DNA of 63,953 nt, filler included, from Vannella sp. (taxonomy: Eukaryota): the NCBI GenBank assembly GCA_023345925.1. It is 7 parts of 7 records of this genome, joined end to end, with 100 filler letters (N's around TTAATTAATTAA, not from the genome) between each part and the next. Parts side by side here need not be neighbours in the genome. Positions count along the whole stretch, not along the records: positions 42,399 to 51,900 come from JAJQQN010001058.1; positions 52,001 to 61,274 come from JAJQQN010000312.1; 5 more parts are not named here. One strand, written 5' to 3'. The notes beneath the pieces were generated by a model. It was not told the origin of the DNA. It did no database searches and was given only the letters and a program-made list of their open reading frames with translations. Shown piece by piece: positions 48,601 through 59,815 of the stretch; within the stretch, counting starts at the first letter, position 1, and each line of letters begins with the position of its first letter. The position numbers and the translations under genes are program-made.

Positions 48601-49162
48601 TCCAAACCTTCGAGATGTTGTGCCAGAGCGAAGAGGTAGATCGCTCTCTTATCCTCGTATCTCCCATCTGCAGCATCCGAAGTAGCAAGACATCTCTACA
48701 CACCCCCAAGCTAGTAAGAGAGGAGATATCCGGAGTGAAGGACTGTCTAACCTTGGGGATCTCCACAGCGAGATCCACGTTGGTATCAGGCCGACAGACA
48801 GTGTTCAGAAGGAAGCTTCCAATCACTTGCAGGTTGCGAGGCGCTCGGAAGTGGAAGTGGAGCTTGGGATCGGCTGCACTGCCGTGAAGAGGAACCGCCA
48901 TGCTTAGGAGATCCTCTGTGCCCAGCTCGCGCTCTTCTGCCGTCTCAATAGCTTCCTTCAGCCCTCGTAGTTCATCCTGGGTGACTGCTGTCTTTGACTG
49001 CGGTACTTTGACCTCTCCAAGGAGCTCTTTGAGTTGAAGTCGAAACAGGTTGGAACGGAAGAGTTCCTGGCCTTCCTGGAGCTCCCGCACTTCCTCTGTT
49101 GAGGGTAACTCCCCTAATCGTGACTTATCACCATCCCGAGGCTTCTTCAACGCACTGATCAT
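45664..49162 (-). CDS. NOL6: Nucleolar protein 6 / Utp22 (Nrap), multi-exon
   Basis: SNLFRLQLKELL, VIGSFLL...NVDLAVEIP, KVWLRQR...FNGFL, LEESGQWPNDIEAI..LKAAF, GIVWKP. Confidence 0.92.
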
Positions 49163-49278
49163 CCTCAAGAGGCCGCCTCCAACCCAGACCCTAAAGAAAG
49201 TGATTTCCAAGATTCCTCCTTTCAATGGTAGATGAATGAAAGCATCCTTTATTCGTTAGTGGGGACCTCGTGGTCGCC

Positions 49279-51900
49279 ATGGTGGTTCCTTCAAGTGACG
49301 GTTTGGTTTGGGACGAGGGAACGGAGTTGGTGGTTCCTGTGGTGTCTTTGGTGGAGGCTAGGTTGATTGCTGAGCGTGTGTTCGGTCTGAGCGTAGTTGG
49401 TGACCTGAGAAACCTGGGCTCTTGCCAGGAAGCTAACTTTCTCGTGAGCGACGTCTCGGGATTGCGGTTTGTGTTAAAGATTGCCAACCCCGCCTTCTCT
49501 ATGGATGAACTGGTTCTTCAGAACGAGGTCTTGGACCATCTTGCACTTCAGAACCTCCCATTTGATACGCCACGAGCCCGCCCTTGCATTGATTCCTCCC
49601 GTACAGTGGGAACCTGGGATCTGGAAGGCATTCCTCACGCTGTGAGGTGTCTCAGTTTCATTGAAGGTACTATCGTTGACCAACTGGAACATATGGATGC
49701 CCAACTGATGGGGGAGATCGGTGCAATGTCCGCGACACTTGCCAATGCCCTTTCTACCTTCCCCACTGGTCACCCTGGGCTGCAAAGAGCACTACAGTGG
49801 GACAATATGCTCGCTCATCAAGTCGTGACAGCCCTCCTCCATCAAGTACCCCTCCAGCGAAGGGAAGAAGTCGGCAATGCGATGACTCTGGCTTGGTCTT
49901 CCATCCAATCCTTGGCCCCTAAGCTTCCTATTGGCCTTGTCCATGCAGACTTGAACACGTATAACCTAGTAGCTCGTCCTAAGGACAACGGATTGGGCCA
50001 AGTGGCGGGCGCTATTGACTTTGGAGACATTCAATGTACTTGGATTGTTGGTGACGTGGCCACAGCAGCTGCAGGATTAGTCCATCGCAGATGGAGCGGA
50101 GCTCTCGAATCAGTTGTCCGTGTCGCTGAAGGGTTCCACGCAGTTCGTCCTCTCACAGAAAGTGAAGCGATGGCTCTCTGGCCTTTGGTGGTTGTGCGAG
50201 CGTGTGTCTCCGTTGTCTCCTTTGAGCATGCGTGTATAGTCGATCCTGATAATGAGTACATAACGGATGATCTCAGCAACGTGTGCCGCGCCTTTGATGC
50301 GATCAATTCGGTTCCTCCCGCTCTGGCCGAGTCTCTTATTCGATGCAGGCTGGGATTTCAGCCCGCGAAAGCTTCTCAAAGTGGATTGGAATGGCTTAGG
50401 AAGACATCGTTCTCGCCAATGGTGGCTGTGGAAGGAGCCTGGCACCCCATTCCTTTTGGTGTGGCTTCCTCAGAGCTTAGCGAGGGGCGATGGAGTGACC
50501 GAAAAGCAATTGTTAAGATGATTGAAGGCTTCTCTCAAAGAGGAGTTGCCTATGGCTGTCATGGAGAGGCCCGCCTGATGTATTCTCGCCCGGATAGAAT
50601 GCAAGAGAACGCGACAATCCATTTGGGATTGGACGTGTTCCTGCCCGCTGGAACACCAATAATGGTTCCAGCTAACTGTATCGTTAGGCGTATTCACACG
50701 AACCAGAGGTCTTGCTTGCTGGACATGGGAGCGGGCTGTCCGGATATCCGAGTGTCTGGAATCGTTCTCTCTTCATCCTGCCAGCTTGGTTCCGTCTTAC
50801 AGCGGGGGAGTATCTTTGCTGCCATAGCTCCTGCTGCAAACCACTCCCTTTTACCGGACCATTTGCACATTCAAGTCCAGCCAAGAGGGCAGCCAGAAGC
50901 ACCTGGAGTTTGTGAGCCTTCCTTGGCTTCCGCTTGGCTGCAGCTCTGTCCCTGCCCAGCATCCCTTGTAGCCAGTTCTCAACACATTCAACAAGAGATA
51001 GAAGCCGCCTGCGCAACTGCAAGAGCTTCCTGGGACTCGGCTCTTGTCCTGGATGTGAGGCAGCGCGTTTTCGCAGCCGTTCAGGAGCACTTTTTCAATG
51101 TCCCCCCTCGGATAGAGCGAGGTTGGCGGCAGCATTTGTACGGAGCGGACGGCAGAGTGTACCTTGACATGGTCAATAACGTCGCCATCCTGGGCCACTG
51201 CCATCCCCGTTTGGCCAAAGTGGCATCTCGCCAGCTGACTGTTCTCAACACAAACTCTCGCTTCAACTACGAGCTACTGGGCCAGTTCTCGGAGCGGATT
51301 GTGTCCAAGATGCCAGAAGGATCCGGGTTAGACACTGTGTTCCTCGTCAATAGTGGCAGCGAAGCTGTGGATTTGGCACTGCGGATTGCAAGAACATCCA
51401 TTGGTACGAACCAGACTGTTTGCTTTGAAGGCGCTTATCATGGAGTGACGACGGCCTCAGACGAGGTCAGCACCACTCTCAACGACAATCCCAACGCACT
51501 GGGGACGCGCCCTCCTCACATCCACCTTGCCCCTTTCCCAAACACCTATCGAGGGAGGTTCCGTGGTCCAGACAGTGCGGACCGTTATGCGGAGCTGGCC
51601 AGAGCGACCATTGCGAGGGTTAAGGGGCCCAGTGTGTTCATTGCTGAGTCACTCAATGGCAATGCTGGAGGAGTGGAGCTTCCCGCTGGCTATCTTCCGC
51701 AGGTGTACGATGCCATCCGGGAAAGAGGAGGCGTTTGCATTGCCGATGAGGTGCAGATTGGTTATGGCCGATTGGGAAGACACTTTTGGGGATTCCAAGA
51801 GCACGGAGTCACCCCTGACATCGTGACTATGGCCAAGGCGTGTGGCAATGGATCCCCTGTTGGGTTTGTGGTGTGCAGCAAGGCCATGGCGGAGGCATTC
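49279..51900 (+). CDS. Bacterial-type fusion: APH/hydroxylysine-kinase-like + M23-like + class III PLP aminotransferase/phospho-lyase; intronless, 3' truncated
   Basis: VLKIAN, HADLNTYN, IDFGD (APH); HLGLD and HLHIQ (M23-like); YLDMVNNVAILGHCHP, VNSGSEA, IADEVQIGYGR, DIVTMAK (AT-III with PLP Lys). Confidence 0.9.
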
Positions 51901-52000
51901 NNNNNNNNNNNNNNNNNNNNNNNNNNNNNNNNNNNNNNNNNNNNTTAATTAATTAANNNNNNNNNNNNNNNNNNNNNNNNNNNNNNNNNNNNNNNNNNNN
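51901..52000. other. Artificial contig spacer
   Basis: N44-TTAATTAATTAA-N44. Confidence 0.98.
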
Positions 52001-52174
52001 GTGCCCGACGACTTCACTGTCAAGGACTCCCTTTTGCACTTCTTCTCCACCATCACTCCCGAATCAGACGAAGAGACACTTTATCAATCCTCTGTCCGAC
52101 TGGAGCCCGTCGGAAGTCCTCCCGTTAAGTCTCGCAAGTCAGAATCGAACTCTCTTCCACGTTCGAAGCCTTAA
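52001..52174 (+). CDS. 3' fragment of a probable RasGEF (CDC25 domain C-terminus)
   Basis: VPDDFTVKDSLLHFF...DEETLYQSSVRLEP...*. LY..S..LEP is the typical RasGEF terminal motif. Confidence 0.55.
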   Translation: MPDDFTVKDSLLHFFSTITPESDEETLYQSSVRLEPVGSPPVKSRKSESNSLPRSKP

Positions 52175-52261
52175 AGCCACTTCCAACACTCCAAAGAGAG
52201 CGTTAGGCTTGACAATAAAAGCGAATAGTTGGAGCAAAGTAAAATACATTCAGAGAGCCAA

Positions 52262-53308
52262 TTAGAGGACAGCCAGGTTGAGAGTGTTCTCTTTGCTGGA
52301 GTTCAGAAGTTTCTCGCGCAAAGCCATCCGCTTTTGTTGCACTTTGGCAAGGAATTGCTGCTTCTCTTCCAGTAACTGGGCGATATCAGAAGAGTCTGGA
52401 GTGTCCTTGGGAGCAAGACGGGCACAGGCACTCTGAAATCGGTCTTCCATTCCTTTCATGGACCCTTCTTGGGAGCCGGATGCCTCTGAAGAGGCTTCCA
52501 TTTGTGTTCGGAGCTTCATTCGGGCCATTCGTAGCTTAGCAAGACGCTCATCCACACTTCGTACAGGATCAGCCGCTTGCTGAGGAGTGGGAAGTGGAAC
52601 GCGTTGCCGGATAACTTCAAGAACATCCGGAACGCTTTTGGACAGCACTTCTTGGAATCGTTCTTGCTTCTCTTGGGCCAATCGTAGCTTCTCCTTGGCA
52701 CGTTGTTCTGAGATATGAGCTAATTGAGCATCTCTCTGGCTTTGCTGCCACCTGGGAAGGAGTCCTTCAAGAATTGAAATCGAAGCCTCTTTTTGGCTTG
52801 TTCTGCGAAGATGAGTGGCTTTCTGGTACATGGAAGGTATCATTATCTGCACAAGGAGGTCTCTAACACACTGAAGGTGTTGCTCGCGGGCTACCTTTCG
52901 AGTGTGGGCTGATTTCAGTGCTTTAAGTGTTCGGATTGCCGAATGTGTTCGAAGGAACTGTTGGATCGTCACCGCTGAGCGAGATAAGATCATTTGCTCG
53001 TTCTCTTGGTCCGAGACAGAGGCGTCAGGGCTTGGGGACTCTTGATCTAGTGGGGAATCGTCACAATCCTCTTCGAGCTGTCCAGGTAGGACAGATGGGC
53101 GAGCGATGAGAGTAGTTCTACGGCCTCCAATGCGCTTGTTGACTCTGATCTCTTCAGAGGAGATAGGTCCCAAAAACACCTCGCCATCACGAAGAACAGA
53201 GCCAGAGACCAGCTCTTCTTCCTCCTCCGACTCCGTCTCTGTGTCACAGTCCTCGATTGCAGGATCCTCTTCTGGTAACTGGCAAAGGGTAGGCACTAGC
53301 AAGGTCAT
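52262..53308 (-). CDS. IQ-motif coiled-coil protein
   Basis: SAVTIQQFLRTHSAIRTLK (IQ-like), acidic N-terminus, helical C-terminus. ATG 53308 is preceded by TCATTA. Confidence 0.6.
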   Translation of the reverse strand: MTLLVPTLCQLPEEDPAIEDCDTETESEEEEELVSGSVLRDGEVFLGPISSEEIRVNKRIGGRRTTLIARPSVLPGQLEEDCDDSPLDQESPSPDASVSDQENEQMILSRSAVTIQQFLRTHSAIRTLKALKSAHTRKVAREQHLQCVRDLLVQIMIPSMYQKATHLRRTSQKEASISILEGLLPRWQQSQRDAQLAHISEQRAKEKLRLAQEKQERFQEVLSKSVPDVLEVIRQRVPLPTPQQAADPVRSVDERLAKLRMARMKLRTQMEASSEASGSQEGSMKGMEDRFQSACARLAPKDTPDSSDIAQLLEEKQQFLAKVQQKRMALREKLLNSSKENTLNLAVL

Positions 53309-53491
53309 TCCCACCCAAATAATGACAGCCTTCTGATGCAACGGCAACGATTCCCGCCTTTCCCAAACTCCCGCCCTTTTTTCTCGCCCAAACTCTCCAA
53401 ACCAGTCAAGAGAACATAAATCCTATTCTTTTCACATTTTCGAGGGTCAGGATTGATTCAGAGCCTGATAAAGTGAACTCTGCACATTATT

Positions 53492-54241
53492 ATGGGTCTC
53501 CTCACGATCATCCGCAAGGTCAACGAGAAGGAGAAGGAGCTGAGACTTCTTATCTTGTAGGTGTTAAAGAAGAGAATAGTGTTTAGGAACCTGACGAGGA
53601 TCAGAGGGCTCGACAACGCCGGGAAGACGACAATCGTGAAGAAGTTCAATGGAGAGGACATCACAACGATCAGCCCTACGCTTGGCTTCAACATTCAGAC
53701 GTTGGAGTACCACGGGTATGCTTCTTTACGATGGTAGATCGCTCTGAACTGACTCGAACAAGCTTCAAGCTCAATGTATGGGACATTGGAGGGCAGAAGT
53801 CGATTCGTTCGTACTGGAGGAACTACTTTGAGGCCAGCTCTGCACTGATATGGTGTATCGACTCTGCAGACTACGAGAGAATGGACCTTTGTAAGAGCCA
53901 CCTTCATGAGCTCCTCCTGGAGGAGGTAATGAAGCTCTTGTTGCTCTCCCGCGTCGTTAGTGACTCTACGGGGCTCAGAAACTTGCAGGAGCACCGCTCC
54001 TGATCTTTGCTAACAAGCAAGACCTCTCTTCATCCCTCTCTTTGGAGCAGATCCACCAGGTACGCTAAAACAGCATCATTCCCATGCTGATCTCGCGGTT
54101 CCCTAGCGCCTGGAGCTCGATGCTCTCAAGATGGATCGCCACTGGTGTATTGTTGCTTGTAGCGCAGTCACAGGCTCTGGATTGCAGGAAGGAATCCACT
54201 GGGTGGTTGGGGAGTTGGCGGGACCCGAGTTCACTCATTAA
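53492..54241 (+). CDS. ARL2: ADP-ribosylation factor-like 2, 5 exons
   Basis: MGLLTIIRK...[12 protein letters not shown]...[38 protein letters not shown]. Confidence 0.93.
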
Positions 54242-54307
54242 ACACTCTTTCCAGGCAGTTCTCTGAAGTGCCATAGCTTCTAGAGAAGCTTTCTCTTACA
54301 TTCGTTG

Positions 54308-55103
54308 ATGGCCTGGCGGGAAGGACAGCGGCTGAGCAAGATCTTGGCGATGCGTGGGCTTTGCTCCCGAAGAGAGGCTGATCAGTGGATCCGCGATGGA
54401 TTGGTGCGAGTGGGAGGTAGAACGGTGGAGCTGAGTGATAGCTGCTTCCCAGAGGACGTGGAAGTGGAGCTGCATGCGGAGACTCGCCGTTCGCAAGCGG
54501 CGATGGTCACTGTGGCCCTTCACAAGCCGATTGGTTGGGTTTCTTCCCAGCCAGAGCATGACCACCTACCAGCAGCACAGCTGTTAACCCTAGAGAACTA
54601 CTGGAAGTACCCATCAGAGCGTCCACACGTCGTTCCCCGCTTCCTTCCAAAGATGGCTGTAGTAGGGAGGCTAGACAAGGACTCCCGAGGCCTCTTACTG
54701 TTCTCACAAGACGGTAGACTTGCCAAGCAAGTCATTGGCGAACAATCAGAGCTAGAGAAGGAGTATCTTGTGACAGTCGACGGCGCAATCACCCCACACG
54801 CTCTGGATCTCCTTCGCCACGGCTTGTACCTTGATGGTGAGCTACCCAGAACATCAGCCCCCGGCTACAATCTAACAGCACCTCACAGACGTTGAGCTGA
54901 AGCCTGCCACAGTCCACTTGGAGAACGCGCAACTCCTCCGAATCGGACTTACTGAGGGACGCAACCGTCAGATCCGCCGGATGTGTGAGTTGGTGGGATT
55001 GAGTGTTTTAGATCTGTTACGTATCCGTATCGGACCCTTCAAGCTCCGCCAATCCCTGAAAGAGGGACAGTGGCAGTTCCTCCCGCCGTTTCGGGAAGAA
55101 TAA
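54308..55103 (+). CDS. RsuA/RluB/RluF-family pseudouridine synthase with S4 domain, 2 exons
   Basis: RLSKILAMRGLCSRREAD (S4), HKPIGWVS, GRLDKDSRGLLL (catalytic Asp), EKEYLV, EGRNRQIRRMCE. Intron 54837-54888. Confidence 0.9.
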
Positions 55104-58100
55104 ACGTTCTGGAAGTGTCCTGGAGGCTAGTGTAAGTGTGATTGGGGTTTAGAGACCAGAGCACAATGGTTTGGTCGAAGGAGGCGCTCCAAAGGCAGCC
55201 AAGAACCGTCAAGAGAGACTTGACGGTTCCATTATGGTACCCTTCCAGTTCCTGGATGGGCTGCATGTTTCTGGCATCCCACACAATCACAGAGTTATCG
55301 CTACTGCCAGAGATGATGAACTTTCCCAACAGCAAGAGACACACAGCCTCTTTGAGGTGAACGCGCAGTCTCCGAATGAGAGTGCCAAAAGACTTTTTCT
55401 CCCACACAGCGATGCTGCCATCGTCAGAACAGGTCCAAACCGAACCAGAATTAGCCACCATTTGATTGATTTTGCGGTCGTGGGCCGGGAAACGCCCCAT
55501 CTCTTCCAACGCTGTCGTCAGAATGATAATAAATCGATCCGCAGCAATCCAGACTCTCTCCCGGGAGACTTGGACCATGAAGGAGGCTCGATTCAGAGTG
55601 AGATTCAAGTCAACATACTTGACACAGTAGAGCTCCTTTGAAAGAATGAGAATTGAGGTGCGTTCTTCCCTTTTCTATGAGGTAAGGTAACCTACTTGAG
55701 TATCCCACATCTGAATCGTTCCATTTGGCGAACAACTCCAAACGTAGTTGTTGTTGTTCGGCCTGTTTGGAGTGTATTCTAGCATCAAGTGTCTGACTGA
55801 CTTCTCGTGGGTGGTCAAGCAATCCTGATTGGTTCGGTCCTGCACCCTCAAATTAGCCAGAGAATGGAGAATTCTGGATGGACTTCACCTCAACATTGTA
55901 GATAAAGATCCGATAACACTCGGAGGAGCTCCATACTTGGTTGTTCACAACAAGAAGAGAGTAAATGCAAGTGTGGTGAGGCCGATGGGACTGAAGGAGT
56001 TTCTTTTCACTAGCACTCCAGATGAGGATATCTCCTGTGTCACAGCCGCACCACACATTCCCGCATACGACAACCATGCAAAGCGGATTGCACGTTGCTG
56101 GCAGAGCAACGGAAGAAGAGAACTGGAAGAGCCCTTCCTGAGCAACGCTCTGCCTCCTCCGAGGATCATCTTCTCCTAATAGTGATAAAGCTGATAAGTG
56201 GACGGAAGCGTGTGTCTGACGCTGGAACGGCCGACAGAACGTCCGCATATCGGTTGTTTCATTTTCATCCTCCTCTGGGAGTCCCAGTAACTGGCTTAAG
56301 GCTCGCACAATCACCTTAAAAGAGGGCCTCCTTGTTGGCGAATGGTCCCAGCAACGCGATATTAGTTCCTTTAACCCTGCTGGGATGCCAGACGGAATAG
56401 TAGGTCGGAGATGGTCCTCGGTAATAGCTTGGCGGATTTCAATCTCCTTCACAATGAAGTGCTCTCCCCCTGCATCATCTATCATAAGCCGGGCAAAGCG
56501 AGGATCTACGCTGTACTCCTCGAAAGGGTATTGCCGAGAGCAAATCTCCCAAAGTATCATTCCGAAGCTGTAAATGTCAATTGTCTCGTCATAGGTTGTG
56601 AGTGGTCCCAAAACTTCGGGTGCTAGCCACTGCCAAGTGACAAGGGCACCTCCACTGTTGGGAGCACTCCGAGAGGCCAACCCAAAGTCAGCTACCTTTG
56701 CAATAACAGGACTGTCCGGGTTGATACTCGCAATCTTGAAACGAGTTAGAAACCCAAGAATCGAAGACAAGAATCAACTTACGAGGATATTGGGAGATCG
56801 CAAGTCCCTGTGAACAAACGGTGGAGTAACGCTATGAAGATAGCGCATTCCTTTTGCAACATCAAGGGCGATTTGCAGACGAATCTGCCAATCTAAAGAG
56901 ACCTCTGACCGGAGAAGCTCCCAGAGGTTACCGCCTTCGATTAATTCGATAACCATCAGCAGAGGTTTCTCTGCTTCGTGAGCCACACCCAGCAGTGCCA
57001 CAAGATTGGGATGTTGGAGGCAGCTCATGACTTGGACCTCTCTTTGAAAGGCCAAAAAAGTGTCTGTTGCCTCCCCTATCTGGTCTGGACTGGCTCTTTT
57101 GATGGCCACTTCCATGGGAGGGTCAGACAGTAGAAACTGTCCCTTGAAGACTTCGCCAAATCCCCCTTCCCCAATCTTCTCTCCAAATCGGATAGCGGCA
57201 AATGGAATCAAAGGGATCCCTCCAAACATTACATCCGGGGCAAGGTGATGGATGAGAACTCTCCTGGAAGTAATGTGATTGCAATACACGAAAGGCGAGC
57301 CTCTTGACATTCCTAGTATCAGTTCCTCCATGGGAAAGAGATAAGGCACCCTGGCCGGTGCCTCTCGCCAACAGTGAATACAAGGGACTAATGTTTGCTT
57401 CTGGTCTGCACGGAGAGAGTAAATTGAGTCTACGAGGCAAGTAACACACTCCAACACTTGACTCATCAATTGAGGAAGACCGACTTTGTCTGTTCTGACT
57501 TCCAAGCGGAAGGAATTCTCTTCCGGCTGGTACTCTAACAAGGCCAATTGATTGTTGAGCCTCCAGAGACCCCCATAACGCCACATAGCGAGAATGGTTG
57601 TGGGTTCGTCATAGTGTATCATTCGGACTAGAGCCCTAGCAAAGATACCGGCTGGGAGGAAAGAGAACCGCCACAATCGGCCATATCTGTATCCCTGGTA
57701 GTCCTTATCCGTCTGCCAGTACTGGTCCAGAACCTCTTGTGGTCGTTCCTCTGATAAAAGAGAGGGAATAAGGCATTGAGGAAGATGTGTCTTCAATCGA
57801 TGTGCCACTTCAAAGCTTTCAAGAAGAGAGAACAGGAAGGGGTAAATGTCAGAAGGATAGGCGCGCCAAATGTTCTTCCAATCCACTTGAAGGAGCGTCC
57901 CATTCTTGATGTATTTCCCAGAATCCGTGATGACGCAGGATAGAACCTGTGATAGCCAAAGAGGGTCAATTACAAGGCAAGAAAGCCCTGCCCGATCTCT
58001 AAAGTTCAACAAGAAGCCAGAGTCATGCAGAATCTCAGCTACAATCTCCGCTTGCTCTTCGGAAACGCCCTGTTGCTGAGAAAGCAGAAGAAAATCGGTC

Positions 58101-59776
58101 CATGCCAGCGTGCGAATCTTGTCTTCTCGCAGTTTTTCGACTGCTAGACTTAGCTGCTTTAGAGACCCTTGTACAGGGCGGGAGAGAAGCCGATGCTGTG
58201 CCGGAAGTTCAAACGTCAAATAGTAATGCAACGCGTCCAATGAAGCTGGAGCAGCAAGATCCACTTCAAAGTACTCTCGTACAAAAGGAAACCGGTTTTG
58301 GAAACGCCTGAGAACCTCTGGGCCAGTGACATGCACCGCTCCCCTGTTTACGATGCCTACCAAGACCACATAAGATAAATAGGGAGAGGACGTATCAATC
58401 TGATGAAGCCAAAACTCAAGGATGGCCCAAGAAGGCAGTTCTGGTCGCAGCACCAAAAGGTATACTGTTCGGCCAGATAGAAAGAGAGAGCTTAGCTGCA
58501 AGAAGTTGGCTTCAGATTTGAGCTCCCAGCAGGAATAAGTTAACGTTTCGGAGGCTTGCCAAGAAGATAATTGGAGTCCAGAACGTGCCCGGACTAAACC
58601 CGCTTGTAAGTCAGGCATGGAAGTGGGCCGGGGGTTAGAAGGCTGTCTCCTGCGAATGTGGATGGGGCTAAAGAGGTGAGATATCGTTGGTTTGGTGTAA
58701 GATCTCTTTTGGAGCTCTTTCAGGAGCTCGGCATAGGTGGAAGAGGGATCCCCAGCTACGACAAGCTTCAATTGTTCCCAGGGAGCAGAAGGTCGTTGTA
58801 GATACCTCAAATACTGAAGTATAGTTGAACTGTTCCGCCTGTGAGAGGGCGGAATGTGGGAAAGAGGATTGTCTTGGATCTTAATCCGTTTCAATCTGGC
58901 CAGATTAGTCAGTTGAGGGGGTAGATACTCCAACAGATTGTGTGAAAGGTCAATGATAGCAAGGTTTGGAAGCTGACAGATCACTAGCGGTAGCGAAAGC
59001 AGCTGATTACGAGAAAGATCAAGTGACACGAGAGCGGTGATTTCGATAAGTCCTTGCAGAGGCCACGTGTGGAGCAGGAAATTTAGGTTACGCACGACAT
59101 TAGGATGCAGTTTTGGATCGTCAAGTGCAGAGAGGTCCAGCTCCCGGTTCCCAGCATCCCCAACACATTCTAACTGTCGCGCAAGGATGGAAACCAACGG
59201 GCTGCTATGCCTGGTGTAGATGTGCCAATTAGTAGACGGACGTGCCTTCGTATAGTGTTGAGGATGCTCAGCTCGCACTTGGGAAGTCACCAGACACGCT
59301 GAGAGGAGCGAGAAAGCGGCGTTTGCTCCTGCCAGGGACGCCTGGACGTAGAAGACAGGAATCTCCCGCAGTATAGAAGGAAGGGAGTGTGTCGATCGTA
59401 GTCTGCTTGGTACGTTCCAGCCTGCTAGAAAGACTGGAGTGGTGGGAGCGTTCTCCTCCAGAAGAGGGAGCCAGCGAGTCGCTAACGCAACTAGAGAGGC
59501 GCTCTCGAACGGATCGAAGGCTAATACAAAGGCTGATGCCCAAGGGAACCAGAAGGGCCGTAGCTCAAGCTCCAAAGGAGTAAAGATCTGCACTTCGATC
59601 GAATCCCCGCTGGGCGGAGCGGTGATTGGCAAGAGCAGCTCGCTACGAGCTGCAGGAGCCGCTGCATTAGATAGAGTAGGGTGCTGTTGCACTATCACTC
59701 CTGGTAGAGCCTCCCCCAAGCGCTCTGCGATCTCGTGGGCGCGAGTTCCGCAAATGATAAAGTTGCGCGTGTTCAT
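55039..59776 (-). CDS. Roco-family kinase: degenerate Rho-like - LRR - degenerate ROC - COR - TKL kinase - WD40
   Basis: LRRs, COR (LHDSGFLLNF...IDPLWL; FLPAGIFARALVR), intact kinase (GEGGFG, VAIK, HRDLRSPN, DFG, WLAPE), C-terminal WD40 repeats. Confidence 0.9.
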
Positions 59777-59815
59777 GACGCGCGCCCACGACGAGAATGA
59801 GGACCAAACACGCCT

